Shown here: one piece after another, positions 1 to 9,041 of the stretch | Layout: every line of letters begins with the position of its first letter | How positions within the stretch are numbered: the stretch's first letter is position 1 | Source: Phycisphaeraceae bacterium | GTDB lineage: Bacteria > Planctomycetota > Phycisphaerae > Phycisphaerales > Phycisphaeraceae | NCBI GenBank assembly: GCA_963674705.1 | Contig: OY771506.1 | Location: 480,001-544,000 of the forward strand | Direction of reading: 5' to 3' | DNA length: 64,000 nt | Made by a program: the position numbers and the translations under genes | Notes under the pieces: model-generated | The model's database searches: none | Told to the model about the DNA's origin: nothing | What the model saw: the letters and a program-made list of their open reading frames with translations, nothing else

Positions 1-1
1 C

Positions 2-115
2 AACAGCAACCTGCGCATCAACGATATCGGCGAGCGAGAGATGGCGCTATGCAACTTCGACCTGATCGCGCCGCTGGAAGCGGGGAAGTCGATATCGGAT
101 TGGGCGAAAGGGTGA
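2..115 (+). CDS. 3' end of an unknown CDS truncated by the window edge
   Basis: Open frame from base 2 (NSNLRINDIGEREMALCNFDLIAPLEAGKSISDWAKG*) with GC-rich third positions, ending TGA at 113-115. Confidence 0.5.
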   Translation, partial: NSNLRINDIGEREMALCNFDLIAPLEAGKSISDWAKG

Positions 116-142
116 GTTGGGGTGTGGGAATTATATTTCTGT

Positions 143-185
143 TTCCCAACGCCGGTCCTGAGCGCAGCGAAGGGGCGGGTATCTT
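143..185 (+). repeat. Dispersed 43-bp REP-like repeat, copy 1
   Basis: TTCCCAACGCCGGTCCTGAGCGCAGCGAAGGGGCGGGTATCTT matches the reverse complement of 24689-24731 at 40/43 positions. Confidence 0.8.
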
Positions 186-209
186 TGGGCGTGTGGTGCA
201 GGCATTTAT

Positions 210-238
210 AAAAGAAAAACCCGACCAAGATGGTCGGG
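210..238 (-). terminator. Rho-independent terminator
   Basis: Minus strand CCCGACCA-TCT-TGGTCGGG followed by TTTTTCTTTT, downstream of CDS 338-1120. Confidence 0.7.
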
Positions 239-337
239 CTATGTGTGGTTGCAGGTAATTGTTGAAGCGACTGGATCGGCTGCATCCCCCCCACTTCTTT
301 ATTGTAACTTCATACCTCTAACTTCAGCATTCAGCCC

Positions 338-1120
338 TTACTTAATCCCCATCTTATTGAGGTTTTCAAGGCTGATCTTGAGGCTGTCGAATGGGTCGAG
401 GTCGCCGTTGTCGCGTTCGATGAGGTACCACTTGACGCCGGCGGCTCTGCAGGCTTCGAGGATGGCGGGCCAGTTGAGGTTGCCGGCGCCGACTTCACAC
501 ATCTTGTGGCCGTCCTTGGGATGGATGGTCATGTCCTTGACGTGGACGGCGGGGATGCGGCCGGAGACGCGCTTGATCCACTCGGCCGGGTCGCCGCCGC
601 CATGCGCGACCCAGTAGGTGTCGATCTCAAACCAGATTCGTTGATCGAGGTTGTTGATGAGCTTGGTGATCGGTGCGCGTTCGATGCCGATCTGATCGGG
701 CGAGCCGAACGGGGCCCATTCGTGGCTGTGGTTGTGATAGCCGACGAGGAGGCCGGCGTCGTTGAGTTTTTTGGTTGCGGCGTTGAAGTCCTTGATGAAC
801 TGATCCCACGCCGGTTCATCCGCACCGCCGAAGCCGAAGCCGCCGAGCGCGGTCAGTTCGCAGCCGAGGATTTTGTGTTCTTCGAGCAGCGCCTCGGGCT
901 GGTCGCGCATCTGGTCCATGCTGCGGTGCGTCGCGGCGCAGACGAGGCCGTTGTCGTCGAGGATTTTCTTGAGTTCTTTCGGATCGATCGGGCCGAGCGC
1001 CGAAGCCTGCACCGCACCGAAGCCGATCTTGCTGAGCTTTTCGCAGGTCTTTGCGATATCCGCGGGGGTCTTGCAGTGATCGCGGAGCGTGTACATCTGG
1101 GCGCCGATTTGGGTAGTCAT
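338..1120 (-). CDS. Sugar phosphate isomerase/epimerase (AP_endonuc_2 TIM barrel)
   Basis: GAQMYTLRD start; YHNHSHE, EIDTYW, HVKD, EVGAGNLNW and LIERD metal-binding motifs. Confidence 0.85.
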   Translation of the reverse strand: MTTQIGAQMYTLRDHCKTPADIAKTCEKLSKIGFGAVQASALGPIDPKELKKILDDNGLVCAATHRSMDQMRDQPEALLEEHKILGCELTALGGFGFGGADEPAWDQFIKDFNAATKKLNDAGLLVGYHNHSHEWAPFGSPDQIGIERAPITKLINNLDQRIWFEIDTYWVAHGGGDPAEWIKRVSGRIPAVHVKDMTIHPKDGHKMCEVGAGNLNWPAILEACRAAGVKWYLIERDNGDLDPFDSLKISLENLNKMGIK

Positions 1121-1224
1121 GAGAGGCTCATCCTGGTGCGTGAGGGTTTGCAGGTTCGGCGGCCGAGGGACAGCACGCCGGGGGGTTATGCCCTCATCTT
1201 AGCAGATGATGAAGCTGACTCCAG

Positions 1225-3525
1225 TTAACGGGTGCGGGCGCGATGTAACGAAACCTTGCAGATTCCGAGCGTCAGCAGGAGGCCGAAGGTGGCGGGTTCG
1301 GGGATGTTGGCGGTGTTCGTCGGGGGCGTGCCGGCGTTCCAGTTGCCGAGGACAATGTCAAGATCGTCAAGACCGACGAAGTTGTCGCCGCTCGGGTCGG
1401 CCGGATTGCCGGTGGGGACGGTCTGGTTCCAACTGCTGAGCACGAGGTCCAGATCATCGAGGCCGACGAAGCCGTCACCATTCAGATCGCCGATGAGCGG
1501 CTCGAACAGCGCGTTGAGTTGCTCATCTGACAAACTGGAAGATAAGTGCAGCACAAAGGCGTCGAAGTCGGTGTAGTGTTCGCGCATGGCGATGCGGAAT
1601 TCGAGCGGCAGACCGACGTGGCTTTCGGTGATGACGAAGGTTTGGCCGACTTCCCAGTTATAGACGCCGTTGGATGAAAGCGTTTGCGTCTGGTCGGGAT
1701 CAACATTGAAGTCGCTTGGCGTGTAGATACTGTCGGAGCTGGTATCAAAACCACGGGCGCGGTAGTAGGCGGTATAGGTGCCGGGCTGCGAGAAGGTGAT
1801 GTCGTAGACGGCGATGGCGTCGTGAGCATCTGCGGGCAGATCGACGCGGTCGCCGGCCGGGGCTCGCATGCTCTTGCCGCCGAGCGCATCTGCGGTGACC
1901 TGTTCGATCCACGTATCGCCGTCACCGCTTGGGTCCAGCAGGTACGCATAATCTTCAGCCTGGATCGCACAACCAAAACCGTAACACCCCCCACTACCTG
2001 TGCCCGGATCATTATTCATCCAGTCGGGGCCGACGTCTTCGGATTCAAGCGGGACGCGAACGATCGTGGCGGTTGAAAATTCATCAGCGCCGACATCGAA
2101 GATGCCGATGCGTGCCTGGCCGTCCATGTCATCGAAGAGGTAGCTGCTGTAGTCGCCCGCGCCGTTGTTGATCGCGGGGCTGGTGGATAAGGGTCGCCAT
2201 AGCCCGTCGCCGTTGAGCGCGAGCTGGGGATTGACAACGGTGATGCCGGTTGCGCCGGCTTTGGGACCAAGTGATGCGCCATAGGCGATGTTGCCTTCCC
2301 ACGTCCAGCCAACGCCTTCATTGCCTTCAAAGAGCGGGTCGTTTGTGCTGTAGATCAGGTTGTTTGCAATGGTGACGTTTTGGGCGAGCAGGTAGCGATC
2401 GGTGGTGTTGTATCCATCATCGAAGGTGATCGCGGCCTCGTTGACATCAACGATCGTATTGTGCGCGATCAGCGCGTTCTTGACCTGGTAGTAACCGCTG
2501 GTGGGCGAATCAACGAGCCCTGCGGTGATAGAGATCGCACCGCCGGCCCGGCCGTCGAGTTCGGCGAAGTAGTTGTTGATGATCGTGTGGTCTTCGCCGA
2601 TCACACGGACGCCGCCTGATTTATCTTTGCCTTCGCCGAGGAAGAAGTTGCTTTCGACGGTAGCGGCAAAGCCGTGGCGGAGCGTCAGTGTGCCGGCCGA
2701 TTCGCGGAAGGTGTTGTATCGGTAGGTATTGCCGCCGGTCTTGTTGGAGATGATTTCGATCTCACCGTCGGAGCGTTCGAAGAGGTTATTTTCGACAACG
2801 ACGTTGGATTCGGAGTCGACATAGTCGCTGGTGCCGATGCGGATGGTTTCAAAGCCGTTCGTGTCTGAAGGATTAATCGGTGCAGGACGGCTGAAGTAGT
2901 TGCTGTCGATACGGTGGCTGCTGGTTGTGCCATCGGCCCAATCGACAACGGTGACGCCGGAGTGGTTCTGTCCGGAGAAGTAGTTGTGGTCGACGCGGTT
3001 GTTGTCGCCGTAGAGCGAGACCCAGAAGTAACGTGTGTCGACGTCGTCGGGGTTGTAGTCGACGATGGCGGTGTTGGTGAGTCGGGAGTTATGCGAAACG
3101 CCGTTGCTGCCTTTGAAACGGATGATGTGTTGCCCCGCGGCAAGTGCGCCGCCGGAAAAGTTCAGGCCATCGACGACAAGATAGTCGCCGGAGATGCTGA
3201 GTGTGGAACTGCCGTTAAGCGTGACGCCGCCGGGCGTTTGCGGGCGGAGGGTGATGGGATTGACGGAGTTGCCGTCACCTGCAAAATCGATGTGCTGATC
3301 GGTCCAGACGCCGTCGGCCATGATGATGGTGTCGCCGGGGCTGGCGGCATTCATCGCGGTCGTGATGTCAGACGCGTTGTAGACGAGGTAGTCGGTAGCA
3401 TAGATTGTCGTCGATGCGCCGAGCAGCACGCATGATGCAAGCAGTACGGATGCAGCGCGGGTATAAACGCTTTGCGAACGGAAAAGATCAAGCGTCACAG
3501 ACTTCCTCCTCGTGCTCCACTTCAA
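1225..3525 (-). CDS. PL6 polysaccharide lyase (alginate lyase/chondroitinase B-like) with CBM-like domain, dockerin-like cassette and PEP-CTERM
   Basis: Signal peptide; NGFETIRIGTS, GEIEIISNK and GTLTLRHG PL6 motifs; AED-initiated beta-sandwich; GDLNGDGFVGLDDLD repeats; IPEPA followed by a hydrophobic and basic tail. Confidence 0.88.
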   Translation of the reverse strand: MKWSTRRKSVTLDLFRSQSVYTRAASVLLASCVLLGASTTIYATDYLVYNASDITTAMNAASPGDTIIMADGVWTDQHIDFAGDGNSVNPITLRPQTPGGVTLNGSSTLSISGDYLVVDGLNFSGGALAAGQHIIRFKGSNGVSHNSRLTNTAIVDYNPDDVDTRYFWVSLYGDNNRVDHNYFSGQNHSGVTVVDWADGTTSSHRIDSNYFSRPAPINPSDTNGFETIRIGTSDYVDSESNVVVENNLFERSDGEIEIISNKTGGNTYRYNTFRESAGTLTLRHGFAATVESNFFLGEGKDKSGGVRVIGEDHTIINNYFAELDGRAGGAISITAGLVDSPTSGYYQVKNALIAHNTIVDVNEAAITFDDGYNTTDRYLLAQNVTIANNLIYSTNDPLFEGNEGVGWTWEGNIAYGASLGPKAGATGITVVNPQLALNGDGLWRPLSTSPAINNGAGDYSSYLFDDMDGQARIGIFDVGADEFSTATIVRVPLESEDVGPDWMNNDPGTGSGGCYGFGCAIQAEDYAYLLDPSGDGDTWIEQVTADALGGKSMRAPAGDRVDLPADAHDAIAVYDITFSQPGTYTAYYRARGFDTSSDSIYTPSDFNVDPDQTQTLSSNGVYNWEVGQTFVITESHVGLPLEFRIAMREHYTDFDAFVLHLSSSLSDEQLNALFEPLIGDLNGDGFVGLDDLDLVLSSWNQTVPTGNPADPSGDNFVGLDDLDIVLGNWNAGTPPTNTANIPEPATFGLLLTLGICKVSLHRARTR

Positions 3526-3537
3526 TCGTGGCGAGCA

Positions 3538-4590
3538 TCAAACTTTTGCGGCGGCCCGGCCGACCTCTTCGGGCGGGACCAGTCTCGGTTCAACCAGTGC
3601 GACCGAGCGCAGCGGTGCGTGCGGATTTTCCATACGCCAGATGAGTTGATCGACGGCACGCGCACCGATCACTTCCGGGCGAACATCAATCGTCGCAGGC
3701 TTGGGATTCAATCCGGCGAGGATGACGTTGTTGTCGCATGAGATCACAGCGATGTCGCGGCCTGGCTCGACGCCACGGTCGCGCAATGAACGGTAGACCT
3801 TGATCGCCAGCGGGTCGCGCGGGACGAACAAACCGGTGGGCCTGGGCGATAAGTCAATGAGCCTGCCGATCAGCATGTCGATGTATTCCTGCGAATCCTG
3901 CTGCTCTTGGCTCATCTTGTCCGAGTCCGGATCGCTGAGCACGGTGGCGGAACTGATGCCGGCATCGTTGGCCCATTCGACAAACGACTGGGCACGCACC
4001 TCGAAACCGATGTGCGTCGTGTTGCAGTGCAGGCAGGCGATGTGGCGGTGGCCCCGATCGATCAGGTACTCGGCGGCGACGCGACCGATGGCCTGGTTAT
4101 CCGGCGCGACACGGTCGCCCCAGTAACCGCGCTTGCGACGCTGGCTGAGCATCCAGACAGTCGGGTAGAGCTTGAGTGTTTCGGCCATCTTCGGGCTGGG
4201 CGGGTAGCCGTGCATGAGCAGGCCGTCGACCTGGCCATGCGCGACGGTCGGGGGGAGCCTGCCGGAGTCCGAGAGCCTGCCGACGATCATATTGAAACCG
4301 CGTTCAGCGAGGACATCTTCGGCGGCATGCAGCACACCGGCGGTGATCGGGGCGACGACGAGCGCGGGGTCGGTGCCGACGAAGAGCAGTGCGATGTTGC
4401 CGGTTTTAACGCCGGTGCGTGATTTGGGCTTGGGTCCACGGCGCTTGGCCGGGGGTGTGTAGTTCAGCCGTTTCATGGCGTCGCGGACCTTGCGGGTGAG
4501 GTCGTGACTGACCCCTGGCCGGTCGTTGATGACCCGCGAGACCGTGGCGTGCGAGACGCCCGCCAGCTTGGCGACTTCGGAGATGGACAT
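3538..4590 (-). CDS. LacI-family transcriptional regulator
   Basis: SISEVAKLAGVSHATVSRVIN HTH plus periplasmic-binding-protein-like effector domain. Confidence 0.93.
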   Translation of the reverse strand: MSISEVAKLAGVSHATVSRVINDRPGVSHDLTRKVRDAMKRLNYTPPAKRRGPKPKSRTGVKTGNIALLFVGTDPALVVAPITAGVLHAAEDVLAERGFNMIVGRLSDSGRLPPTVAHGQVDGLLMHGYPPSPKMAETLKLYPTVWMLSQRRKRGYWGDRVAPDNQAIGRVAAEYLIDRGHRHIACLHCNTTHIGFEVRAQSFVEWANDAGISSATVLSDPDSDKMSQEQQDSQEYIDMLIGRLIDLSPRPTGLFVPRDPLAIKVYRSLRDRGVEPGRDIAVISCDNNVILAGLNPKPATIDVRPEVIGARAVDQLIWRMENPHAPLRSVALVEPRLVPPEEVGRAAAKV

Positions 4591-4835
4591 GGTGGTATTC
4601 TACGCTAAGGGTGTTTAATTTACAATGATATTTTTCAATATTTCAAGGCGATATTGCGAATACAAAATGCTTTTAAACAGATACTTATGTTATTTTAGGA
4701 AAATAAGTTTTTGCTGCATGTTTGAAAGTTTCTTGAACATTAATCTGAAATACAGTAAGATGCCTTTTACATTTGAAGCCTTGAAACAGCCTCTATTTAT
4801 ACCTCACATTGTGTGAGTTGATGGGAGCACACTGT
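4591..4835. promoter_or_regulatory. AT-rich divergent promoter region (lacI / AKR operon)
   Basis: Strongly AT-rich gap between divergent genes with several TTGAA half-sites; partly alignable with 18595-18863. Confidence 0.6.
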
Positions 4836-5849
4836 ATGACCACCATGAATCCGATGTCGTCCGGGTCGCGTCAGATCCCGGGGATCGACCTGCCGGTTTC
4901 CCGGGTTGCCTTGGGCTGCATGTCCATCGTCGCCAGTGAGACGTACGGCGGGGTCGGTGAGGAGCAGGCGATACAGACGGTGCGGTCGGCGATCGATAAC
5001 GGCATCACCCTGCTGGACACCGCGCCGGCATACGGCAACGGCGAGTCGGAACAGCTCGTCGGCAAAGCGATCAAGGGTCAGCGCGACCAGATTATCCTCG
5101 CCACCAAGGCCAGCGGTAAAACACTCTCGGCGGAGGAGATCGTCAGCGACTGCGAAGTCAGCCTGAGGCGTTTGCAGACCGATGTGATCGACCTGTATCA
5201 GATCCACTGGAACCGCCGACTGGTGCCCGCCGAGGAAACGATGAAGGCGATGGACAGCCTGGTATCCAGCGGGAAGGTGCGGGCGATCGGCGTGTGCAAC
5301 TATGGGCCGAAGGACCTGAACGAAGCGATATCACTGACAACGCTACAGACGAACCAGGTCGCGTACAACATGATTTTCCGCGCGATCGAGTTTGAGATCA
5401 CGGACATATGCAGGGAAAATAATATCGGTATCTTGTGCTATTCACCGATCGCGCAGGGCCTGCTCACCGGGCGTTACGCCAACGCGGACGAGGTGCCCGT
5501 AGGCCGGCAACGTACGCTGCACTTCAGCGGTGAGCGTGAATTAGCGCGTCACGGCCAGCCCGGCTGCGAAGCCGAGACGTTTGAAGCGATTGCGAAGATC
5601 AAGCAGGTCTGCGATGATCTGGGCGAGTCGATGGCACGTGTGTCGCTGGCGTGGTGTTTGCACCAACCGGGCGTAATGTCTGTCCTTGCCGGCGCCAGTC
5701 GACCGGAACAGGTGAAGCAGAATGTGGATGCAAGCGAGTTGAGCTTGTCTGAAGACGTGTTATCGCGTCTCGACCGTGCGACGGCCGAGGTGAAGTCCAT
5801 CTTAGGCCCGATCCCCGATATGTGGGCAGCCGAATCGCGTATTCGCTGA
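4836..5849 (+). CDS. Aldo/keto reductase
   Basis: LDTAPAYGNGESE, ILATK, IDLYQIHW, GKVRAIGVCN and YSPIAQGLLTG motifs; start chosen after a GGAG RBS. Confidence 0.92.
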   Translation: MTTMNPMSSGSRQIPGIDLPVSRVALGCMSIVASETYGGVGEEQAIQTVRSAIDNGITLLDTAPAYGNGESEQLVGKAIKGQRDQIILATKASGKTLSAEEIVSDCEVSLRRLQTDVIDLYQIHWNRRLVPAEETMKAMDSLVSSGKVRAIGVCNYGPKDLNEAISLTTLQTNQVAYNMIFRAIEFEITDICRENNIGILCYSPIAQGLLTGRYANADEVPVGRQRTLHFSGERELARHGQPGCEAETFEAIAKIKQVCDDLGESMARVSLAWCLHQPGVMSVLAGASRPEQVKQNVDASELSLSEDVLSRLDRATAEVKSILGPIPDMWAAESRIR

Positions 5850-5889
5850 GATCTGATGAGGGTGACGGGCACCCAGGAGTAAGAAGCCC

Positions 5890-6942
5890 ATGGCAGAGGG
5901 TAATGGTTCGAGGCTGAAGGTAGGGATCGCGGGGCTTGGACGCAGTGGCTGGAGCATTCACGCTCAAGCATTGATGACGATGGCGGACCATTACCAGGTG
6001 GTGGCGGTCGCCGATGCAGATCAATCCAGGCTCGATGAGGCAAAGGACGCGTTCGGCTGCCGAACATACCTGGACTTTAGCGCGCTATTAGATGATAAGG
6101 ATATGGACATCCTTGTTGTCGCTTCGCCGAACCTGTTTCATGTCGAGCATTCGATGACCGCGATGCGCAACGGGATGCACGTGGTATGTGAAAAGCCGAT
6201 GGCGCTTGGCACAGAAGATGCCGACGCGGCGATTGCTTGTGCGAAGGAGACCGGCCGCGTCCTCGCGCCGTTCCAGAACCGCCGGTTCGAGCCGCATCTA
6301 TTGAAAGTCAAAGAAATCATCGATTCGGGCCTGCTCGGCAGGATCATCCAGGTCCGGCTGTGCTGGCATCAGTTCACGCGGCGGTGGGACTGGCAGACGC
6401 TTAAAGAGTTCGGCGGTGGGTCGCTATTCAATAACGGCGCACACCTGACCGACCAGGCGATGGTGTTCCTCGGTGAAGATGCGCCGGAGCCCGAGATATT
6501 TGTCGATCTGCAAAAAGTGCTGACCTGCGGCGACGCGGAAGACCACGTCAAGATCGTGCTCAAAGCAGAAGGTCGGCCGACCATCGATCTGGAACTGACC
6601 AGCGCCAGCGCATTCCCGTTGGACCGCTGGCACGTGATGGGAACGTGCGGCGGGTTGCGCGGCGACCTGAAAACGCTCGAGTGGAAGTGGGTCGACTGGG
6701 CGACGATGCCTAAACGCACGGTCGAACGCGTCCCCATGCCCGACCGCAGCTACAACAACGAAGACATCAACTGGCAGACGGCTTCGTGGACGAAACCCGC
6801 GGATTATCCGGGCGAAGCGGTGATGTTCTACCGCAATCTTTACCAGGTGATTCGCCACGGCGATGCGCTGTTCGTCACGCCCAAGAGTGTGCGTCAACAG
6901 ATCGCGGTGCTCGAACGTTGCCGACGGGCATGCCCGGTCTGA
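5890..6942 (+). CDS. Gfo/Idh/MocA oxidoreductase
   Basis: GIAGLGRSG Rossmann motif, CEKP, FQNRRF, GGGSLFNNGAH. Confidence 0.9.
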   Translation: MAEGNGSRLKVGIAGLGRSGWSIHAQALMTMADHYQVVAVADADQSRLDEAKDAFGCRTYLDFSALLDDKDMDILVVASPNLFHVEHSMTAMRNGMHVVCEKPMALGTEDADAAIACAKETGRVLAPFQNRRFEPHLLKVKEIIDSGLLGRIIQVRLCWHQFTRRWDWQTLKEFGGGSLFNNGAHLTDQAMVFLGEDAPEPEIFVDLQKVLTCGDAEDHVKIVLKAEGRPTIDLELTSASAFPLDRWHVMGTCGGLRGDLKTLEWKWVDWATMPKRTVERVPMPDRSYNNEDINWQTASWTKPADYPGEAVMFYRNLYQVIRHGDALFVTPKSVRQQIAVLERCRRACPV

Positions 6943-6987
6943 TCGCTTAGCCGGAACGTTTGCGTTGTTTAGACCGACACGCTTGAT

Positions 6988-7062
6988 GTCATCCCCGCGC
7001 AGGCGGGGATCCACGTACCGGGGTTGATTGGGCGCGTGGATTCCCGCGTGCGCGGGAATGAC
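6988..7062. repeat. REP doublet (GTCAT.CCCGCG.AGGCGGG.ATCC type)
   Basis: GTCATCCCCGCGCAGGCGGGGATCCACG (6988-7015) is inverted against CGTGGATTCCCGCGTGCGCGGGAATGAC (7035-7062); each arm is itself a hairpin. Confidence 0.85.
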
Positions 7063-7117
7063 GGACAGGTGGTTCTTAGCGGGCAACAGCGTAAATGTGT
7101 TTTCGCAAATGGAGGCC

Positions 7118-7972
7118 ATGATGTTTAAGAGCCTGATGGCCGACATGGTCGGTATCGATGTGCAGCCGGCGGGTACGATCGATCTGGCGCAGCGTTACGG
7201 CTTTACGGGCGTGGACCTTCGGCTTGATAAACACGAAGCAGTTGTGCGCGAAACCGGGGCGGATGTCTTAAAAAAACAGATCGCGGACGCGGGTTTGCGG
7301 ACGGGATATTGCTCGCTGTTGCCGGGGAAGATTTCCTGTGAAAAGCCGATGTGGGAAGCAGGCTTGAAGCGTTTACCGGCGCTGGCTGCGCTGGCGGAAG
7401 CACTTGGGTACACGCGGACGTATGCGGTGGTTTTACCGTTCGATGATGAACTGGATTACCAGGCTTTTTTTGATCTGCACCTGAAGCGATTGAACGAAGC
7501 GGCGCCGGTGCTGGCGGATCATGGGTTGTCGCTGGCGCTCGAGTATGTGAGTCCCGTGACGCGACGGGCCGGGCATAAGCATCCGTTTATCTACAACCTG
7601 CAAGGCATGCGAGAATTGTGTCGTGCTTCGGGACACAAAAACGTCGGCGTGATGGTTGATAGCTTTCACTGGCACTGCGCGGGCGAGACGGTGGCGGACC
7701 TTGAAGCGCTAACCGAGGATGAAGTGATCGTCGTACATGTCAACGACCTGATCGCAGGTAGGCCGGTGAATGAACAACTCGTGACCGAACGGGCGCTGCC
7801 ATGCGAGACGGGCGTGATCGATCTTGCGGGATTTATGAAAGCGCTGAAGCGCATCGGTTTTACCGGGCCGGTGACCGCGGAGCCGACGCACCCGAAGTGG
7901 AAACAGACGGACAGCACGCAAGCGATCGAAGCACTGACCGCGTCGATGGATCGGTTGATGGGGTTGGCTTGA
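7118..7972 (+). CDS. Sugar phosphate isomerase/epimerase (TIM barrel)
   Basis: GGAGG RBS; LALEY, DSFHW, VHVND, RALPCETGVID and TAEP motifs. Confidence 0.85.
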   Translation: MMFKSLMADMVGIDVQPAGTIDLAQRYGFTGVDLRLDKHEAVVRETGADVLKKQIADAGLRTGYCSLLPGKISCEKPMWEAGLKRLPALAALAEALGYTRTYAVVLPFDDELDYQAFFDLHLKRLNEAAPVLADHGLSLALEYVSPVTRRAGHKHPFIYNLQGMRELCRASGHKNVGVMVDSFHWHCAGETVADLEALTEDEVIVVHVNDLIAGRPVNEQLVTERALPCETGVIDLAGFMKALKRIGFTGPVTAEPTHPKWKQTDSTQAIEALTASMDRLMGLA

Positions 7973-8033
7973 TTCTATCTTGACCTGCAACCAACAGGCT
8001 CTGCAAGAATACTTCATATAACGTGAACAAGAT

Positions 8034-9022
8034 TAGCCACGGATAAACACCGATAAACACGGATGGGCATTCATACAAACGCCGCCCATCCCTAACGGAC
8101 ATCTAATATAAGTTATATTTGATGTCCTACAGCAAGCTCATCGCAAAGCACAGTTCTTGCTCCCTCTACCCTGGGAGGCCCCCGGATGTGGCCCACGCGG
8201 GGGCCGTTTGTCATTGTGTGATCTGATTTTACTGCGCTCGGCGCGGATATTCCTTGCGTAAACACTCTTAAATCCTTAGCCGCTAGCTGCCAGCTCGCGC
8301 GCCGAGCGACCGTGATATTCAATAAGACAAACCATACTGTCGCGCGGTTTCTTGGTAGGCGCGCAAGCTGGTAGATCGCGGCTATTGGGAGGAAGTGACG
8401 ATTGAGGCGGTACGGTCGGCGATACGCTAAGCATCTACTCTTATCCGTGTTCATCCGTGGCTGCGCTCGGCGCGGGTCTCCTGACCTCGCCGTTATACCG
8501 GACCGAAGGTCTCCCGAATCAAGATATGTGCGCTGAATGTGAACAACAACATGCCCATGCAGGAGACAAAACAACAGGTTTGGAGACCTGCGGTCACAAA
8601 ATCGGCGGGGTCGGGAGACCCGCGCCGAGCGAGGGATGGCTCATTCATACAAATGTCGCCCGCACCGCAAGACATCTAATATAACTTATATTTAATGTCT
8701 TACGGCAAGTTCTTCGTAAGGCACGGCTCTTACCACCACTGCACTTGGAAGCCCCAGGGTGAGGGTTATTTGTCTTTGTGTTCACGGTTTGTATATGAAC
8801 GCCCAATCAACCCGGCCCTCATCCTAACCTTCTCCCGAGGGGAGAAGGGACCGGACCCAACCGATCACGCGCACGGCGCATTTCTTCTGCGTTGAGCAAA
8901 CATCCTTAGCCGCAAGCTGGCAGCTTGCGGCTATTGAGAGAAGAAGACAACTGTGTACGCACGGTCAGTAGTACGTCAGTCATCAACTCTTATCTGTGTT
9001 CATCCGTGTTCATCTGTGGCTA
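8034..9022. repeat. Non-coding mosaic of two degenerate ~400-bp units with nested palindromic repeats
   Basis: Direct repeats 8061-8160 and 8634-8733; inverted decamer-repeat ends 8034-8064 and 8992-9022; inverted pair 8464-8514 and 8582-8631; no credible ORF. Confidence 0.8.
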
Positions 9023-9041
9023 AACAATTTCCACACATAAA

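Noticed and set aside
8113..8895. ORFs 8113-8574, 8457-8684, 8493-8675 and 8695-8895
   Set aside because: They are read through palindromic repeats and have no recognisable motifs, so are treated as non-coding
8034..9022. Possible CRISPR array
   Set aside because: Only two long degenerate units, no regular repeat-spacer periodicity and no cas genes in the window
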